Below, in pieces: positions 34,601 to 36,159 of a stretch of DNA of 36,159 bases. The notes under the pieces are model-generated. The model was given only the letters and a program-made list of their open reading frames with translations, had not been told where the DNA came from and did no database searches. Source of the DNA: a virus (lineage: Duplodnaviria > Caudoviricetes); the IMG/VR virus record IMGVR_UViG_3300046719_000042, positions 1-36,159 of that record; one strand, given 5' to 3'. The stretch's first letter is position 1. The number at the start of each line of letters is the position of its first letter. The position numbers and the translations under genes are program-made.

Positions 34601-35126
34601 CTCAATCCCGTCCAGGGTTGCCACCGGCTCTGTCAGGTTCCCGACCTTCCGCACCAGTTCTGACGGGTCCAGGACGATCCCGCAGCGGACGGGATCAATC
34701 TCCGGCGTCCTGCCCTTCCTGCGCTCCAGCGGACAGGGACAACCGTTTCCACCCGGCATAACCGGCACGTCTGCTCTTTCCCTTTCTCTCCCGGCTCACG
34801 TCGCGGACGGCGCCACCATCCTTCCGATCAGGAACGGCGTCAGCCAGGTTGTCCTGCGTCGTCCAACCCATAGCGCGGAAGGCATTACTTCCCTGCCGCT
34901 CCGGGACGCGACCAGCTCCGTTACCCTGCCCTTCCCCCATCATCAGGCGGCGGGGAGATTCGTCGTTCCGGGCGCTATCGACCTTGTCTGGGAAGTGCAA
35001 ATGGAGGGCGGTACGCTGGCTCCGGACGCATCTCTGTCGGGAGCGGCATCCGTCGAGGTGGACATGGGCGGCGGGAAGTCTCCGGACGTTTACCTGATCG
35101 CCACCGTTTCCGCGGCCCCCCAGTAA
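31698..35126 (+). CDS. Long repeat ('rope') fibre protein: docking peptide, LamG domain, ~34 x 24-aa repeats
   Basis: N-terminal ILMESGDTLLAEDDSLLQQE; LamG 31788-32453 closely homologous to that in 26695..29997; repeats 32475-34973. Confidence 0.85.
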   Translation: MGEILILMESGDTLLAEDDSLLQQEPPPPAENFTDGTGVKPVAWWYFSETSGNRASSAGSSDVLVPSASAPTRGTGPHDYYSAEFVKASSQQFNLADASMSSTFPGKNGLTNGDFTMGGWMRVDSETSGDGGIWSKDTNFQFVVEGPVIFRIFSSGNGATGYSYDDAGMSYGTWKHYVGRWTAATGAVELFVNGVKQSRVDTVSTRNTWTTDMFVGNATFKSNFDGALAELFVFDSALTDDQILSIYTNGLDARRAVVEISGTSAVISPKLTGTASGSRTIPDRTGTSAVTSPKLTGTATASRTIPSRTGTSAVISPKLTGTATASRTIPDRAGTSAVTSPKLIGAASGSRTIPDRTGTSAVISPKLTGTATASRTIPDRIGTSAVSLFPVLHVANVQHYAGNEFSYEFSSEFTVQTIDALSGTSVSTLPKATTTATGGRSIPDRIASGAVTWTKLTTASSASRTIPDRIAISAVTWPKLTGVAAGSRTIPNRTATSSGILPKATAAAAGARTIPNRTGTSSATLVALSQTATGSRLAPTVIGISASTVPKATGSGAGSRTSPARTGTSAVTLPLLGHSALGGRSLPGNTGASAIILPILTGTAAGIRTVPARTGGSAVVLSALTGTSAGTRTIPQRTGSGTATWPKLTTVTVASRTIPVRSGTISVTLPKATSTATAFRTLPDRTGGSAVRLSSLAGAGTGSRTVPALSGNSAVTWVKLAGLGSGGRSIPTRSGTSISILRFPQTAAAGSRTPPMLTATSLGALPFPTHGAAGQRSPPERIASSGVTLPMPTSSATGARQPPEAIAVSAVTLPKPTVVAIGSRQPPAAVVTSTVTLPTMTAAGAGSRTIPIRTGSSSSTVSKLSHSATGQRGIGGLDGLSSTRFPKPTGTGTGSRTIPARTGTSATILPFPLVSSLGIRIAPAAVGTSAVTLPRLGHAAAGEALLPGIYADSSVTLPTLTGSAAGTRSIPSRVATGSVRFPTFRTSSDGSRTIPQRTGSISGVLPFLRSSGQGQPFPPGITGTSALSLSLPAHVADGATILPIRNGVSQVVLRRPTHSAEGITSLPLRDATSSVTLPFPHHQAAGRFVVPGAIDLVWEVQMEGGTLAPDASLSGAASVEVDMGGGKSPDVYLIATVSAAPQ
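32475..34973 (+). repeat. 72-nt (24-aa) tandem coding repeats: 5 units + 1 interrupted unit + 28 units
   Basis: Consensus RTGTSAVTLPKLTGTA.GSRTIP. The second block, 32958-34973, is 2016 nt = exactly 28 x 72. The first five units are near-identical in DNA. Confidence 0.92.
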
Positions 35127-35145
35127 TTCGAGTAAGGACCATCCG

Positions 35146-35499
35146 ATGGATTTCACGCTCTATCAGGGAGACACCAAGCGCCTTCACTTCTCCCTGAAGC
35201 GGGACGACGGAACAGCCCTCGAACTGACCGGCGCCACGCTGCGATGGCAGGCGTCCAAGCTTAAGGCCACCGGCGTATTTTCCTCGACTCCCGTCCTCCA
35301 GAAAACCGAAACCGACGGCATCCAGATCGACGACGAGACCGGCGGTCTCGTGACCGTCGTTCTCGAACCGGAAGATACGGTGAACCTCAGCGGTTTATTT
35401 TACCACGAACTCGAGGCAATCGATGCCAGCGGAGACGTGGCCACGGTCTTCACCGGAGAGTTCGAGATCAAAAAAGCCCTCATCAAACCCCCTACCTAA
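35146..35499 (+). CDS. BppU N-terminal-like adaptor/anchor protein (117 aa)
   Basis: FTLYQGDT..L.F.L....GTALELTGAT...GLVTVVLEPEDT..L.G.FYHELE..D..G.V.T...G.F.I pattern; AAGGA RBS. Confidence 0.65.
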   Translation: MDFTLYQGDTKRLHFSLKRDDGTALELTGATLRWQASKLKATGVFSSTPVLQKTETDGIQIDDETGGLVTVVLEPEDTVNLSGLFYHELEAIDASGDVATVFTGEFEIKKALIKPPT

Positions 35500-35512
35500 G
35501 GAACCCCAGGTC

Positions 35513-35710
35513 ATGAACCTGATCACCCTGATCGTCGTTCTGGTCGTCGTCGGCGTTGCTATGTACCTGATCAACAGCTACGTGCCGATGGATCCGAAGA
35601 TAAAAAACATTCTCAACGTTGCCGTCGTGATTTTCGTCTTGCTCTGGTTGCTCGTCACATTCCTGGGAGAAACAGGTATCGGCAATGTCGGGAGCACCAG
35701 GCTCGACTGA
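35513..35710 (+). CDS. Small two-TM membrane protein (Thivi_2564-like; possible holin)
   Basis: MNLITLIVVLVVVGVAMYLINSYVPMDPKIKNILNVAVVIFVLLWLL; true start is ATG 35513. Confidence 0.75.
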   Translation: MNLITLIVVLVVVGVAMYLINSYVPMDPKIKNILNVAVVIFVLLWLLVTFLGETGIGNVGSTRLD

Positions 35711-35772
35711 AGCTTGATGTCTGAAAACCATCTCCGATCTCTTGCCTGGAGCGCGCGGGGTTGGCTTTTGGA

Positions 35773-35806
35773 AAGGGCGGTTCCTCGCGGGACCGGCCTT
35801 CTTTTT
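35773..35806 (+). terminator. Putative intrinsic terminator
   Basis: AAGG.CGGTTCC-tcgc-GGGACCG.CCTT followed by CTTTTT. Confidence 0.55.
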
Positions 35807-35818
35807 GAGGATATGGAA

Positions 35819-36159
35819 ATGGCGTTCATCGTCGAAACGGGTGTGGGGCTTGAAGGGGCAACGTCATACGTCACGGTCGAATTTGCTGACGGATTTTCTG
35901 CCTCCAACGTCGACGGCCAGGACTGGGCCGATGTTGACCTGCCAGACAAACAGATCCGCATCATCACGGCGACCCGCATGATCGATACCTCGTTCGATTT
36001 CTTCGGCCACCGTGTATCCAGGCTTCAGGGACTGGAGTTCCCGCGCTGGGGTCTGAGAGACCGGGATGGCTTCATCATCCCCGCCGCTCCGCTGCCGAAC
36101 TTCCTCAAATGCGCCACCGCCGAACTGGCCCGCATCCTGGGAGGAAGGTTCGATGCCGG
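35819..36159 (+). CDS. Head-tail adaptor, DnaT-like ssDNA-binding family (3' truncated; absent from the ORF track)
   Basis: Hand translation: MAFIVETGVGLEGATSYVTVEFAD...W...DK...IITATRMID..F.F.G.RVSRLQGLEFPR...LPNFLKCATAELA; GAGGA RBS. Confidence 0.85.
   Translation, partial: MAFIVETGVGLEGATSYVTVEFADGFSASNVDGQDWADVDLPDKQIRIITATRMIDTSFDFFGHRVSRLQGLEFPRWGLRDRDGFIIPAAPLPNFLKCATAELARILGGRFDA

Larger units (their letters stand above)
1..36159 (+). mobile_element. Phage/prophage late (virion morphogenesis) region, Caudoviricetes
   Basis: Canonical order terminase-portal-head morphogenesis-scaffold-MCP-fibres-head/tail adaptor, all on one strand with frequent ATGA/TGATG stop-start overlaps. No att site or integrase is in the window, so free phage vs prophage cannot be decided. 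Confidence 0.97.

Noticed and set aside
35742-35981. 79-aa ORF in the track
   Set aside because: Wrong frame; the real gene is the DnaT-like adaptor from 35819 running off the window.

Overview
The whole window is the packaging, head and virion-decoration region of a tailed dsDNA phage or prophage. All credible genes are on the + strand and the DNA is GC-rich. An alphaproteobacterial host is a weak inference from the RHH_4-type regulator. Gene order: 5'-truncated terminase large subunit with a 153-aa mini-intein; three small ORFs (one resembles a degenerate terminase ATPase); DUF4055-type portal; RHH regulator; two tandem TylF/MycF-family O-methyltransferases; SPP1 gp7/Mu F-like head morphogenesis protein; WalW-like CE4 deacetylase; scaffold; SPP1-like major capsid protein. 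About 24 kb of fibre, spike and adaptor genes follow, then a 3'-truncated DnaT-like head-tail adaptor. The 24-kb block is the most interesting part and looks like a modular, branched appendage kit. It has two 'rope' proteins with 9 and ~34 tandem 24-aa repeats, one small candidate 'bead' subunit, duplicated anchor domains, and matched pairs of short pseudo-threefold docking peptides (FSxEFSxEF; LLxxxGxxL). It also encodes at least four putative glycan-attacking domains (an SGNH acetylesterase, two beta-helices, a PL26/YetA-like lyase) and many LamG/CBM-like lectin domains. No tail tube, tape measure, integrase, tRNA or CRISPR array is visible. Family assignments come from motif recognition by eye, not database searches.
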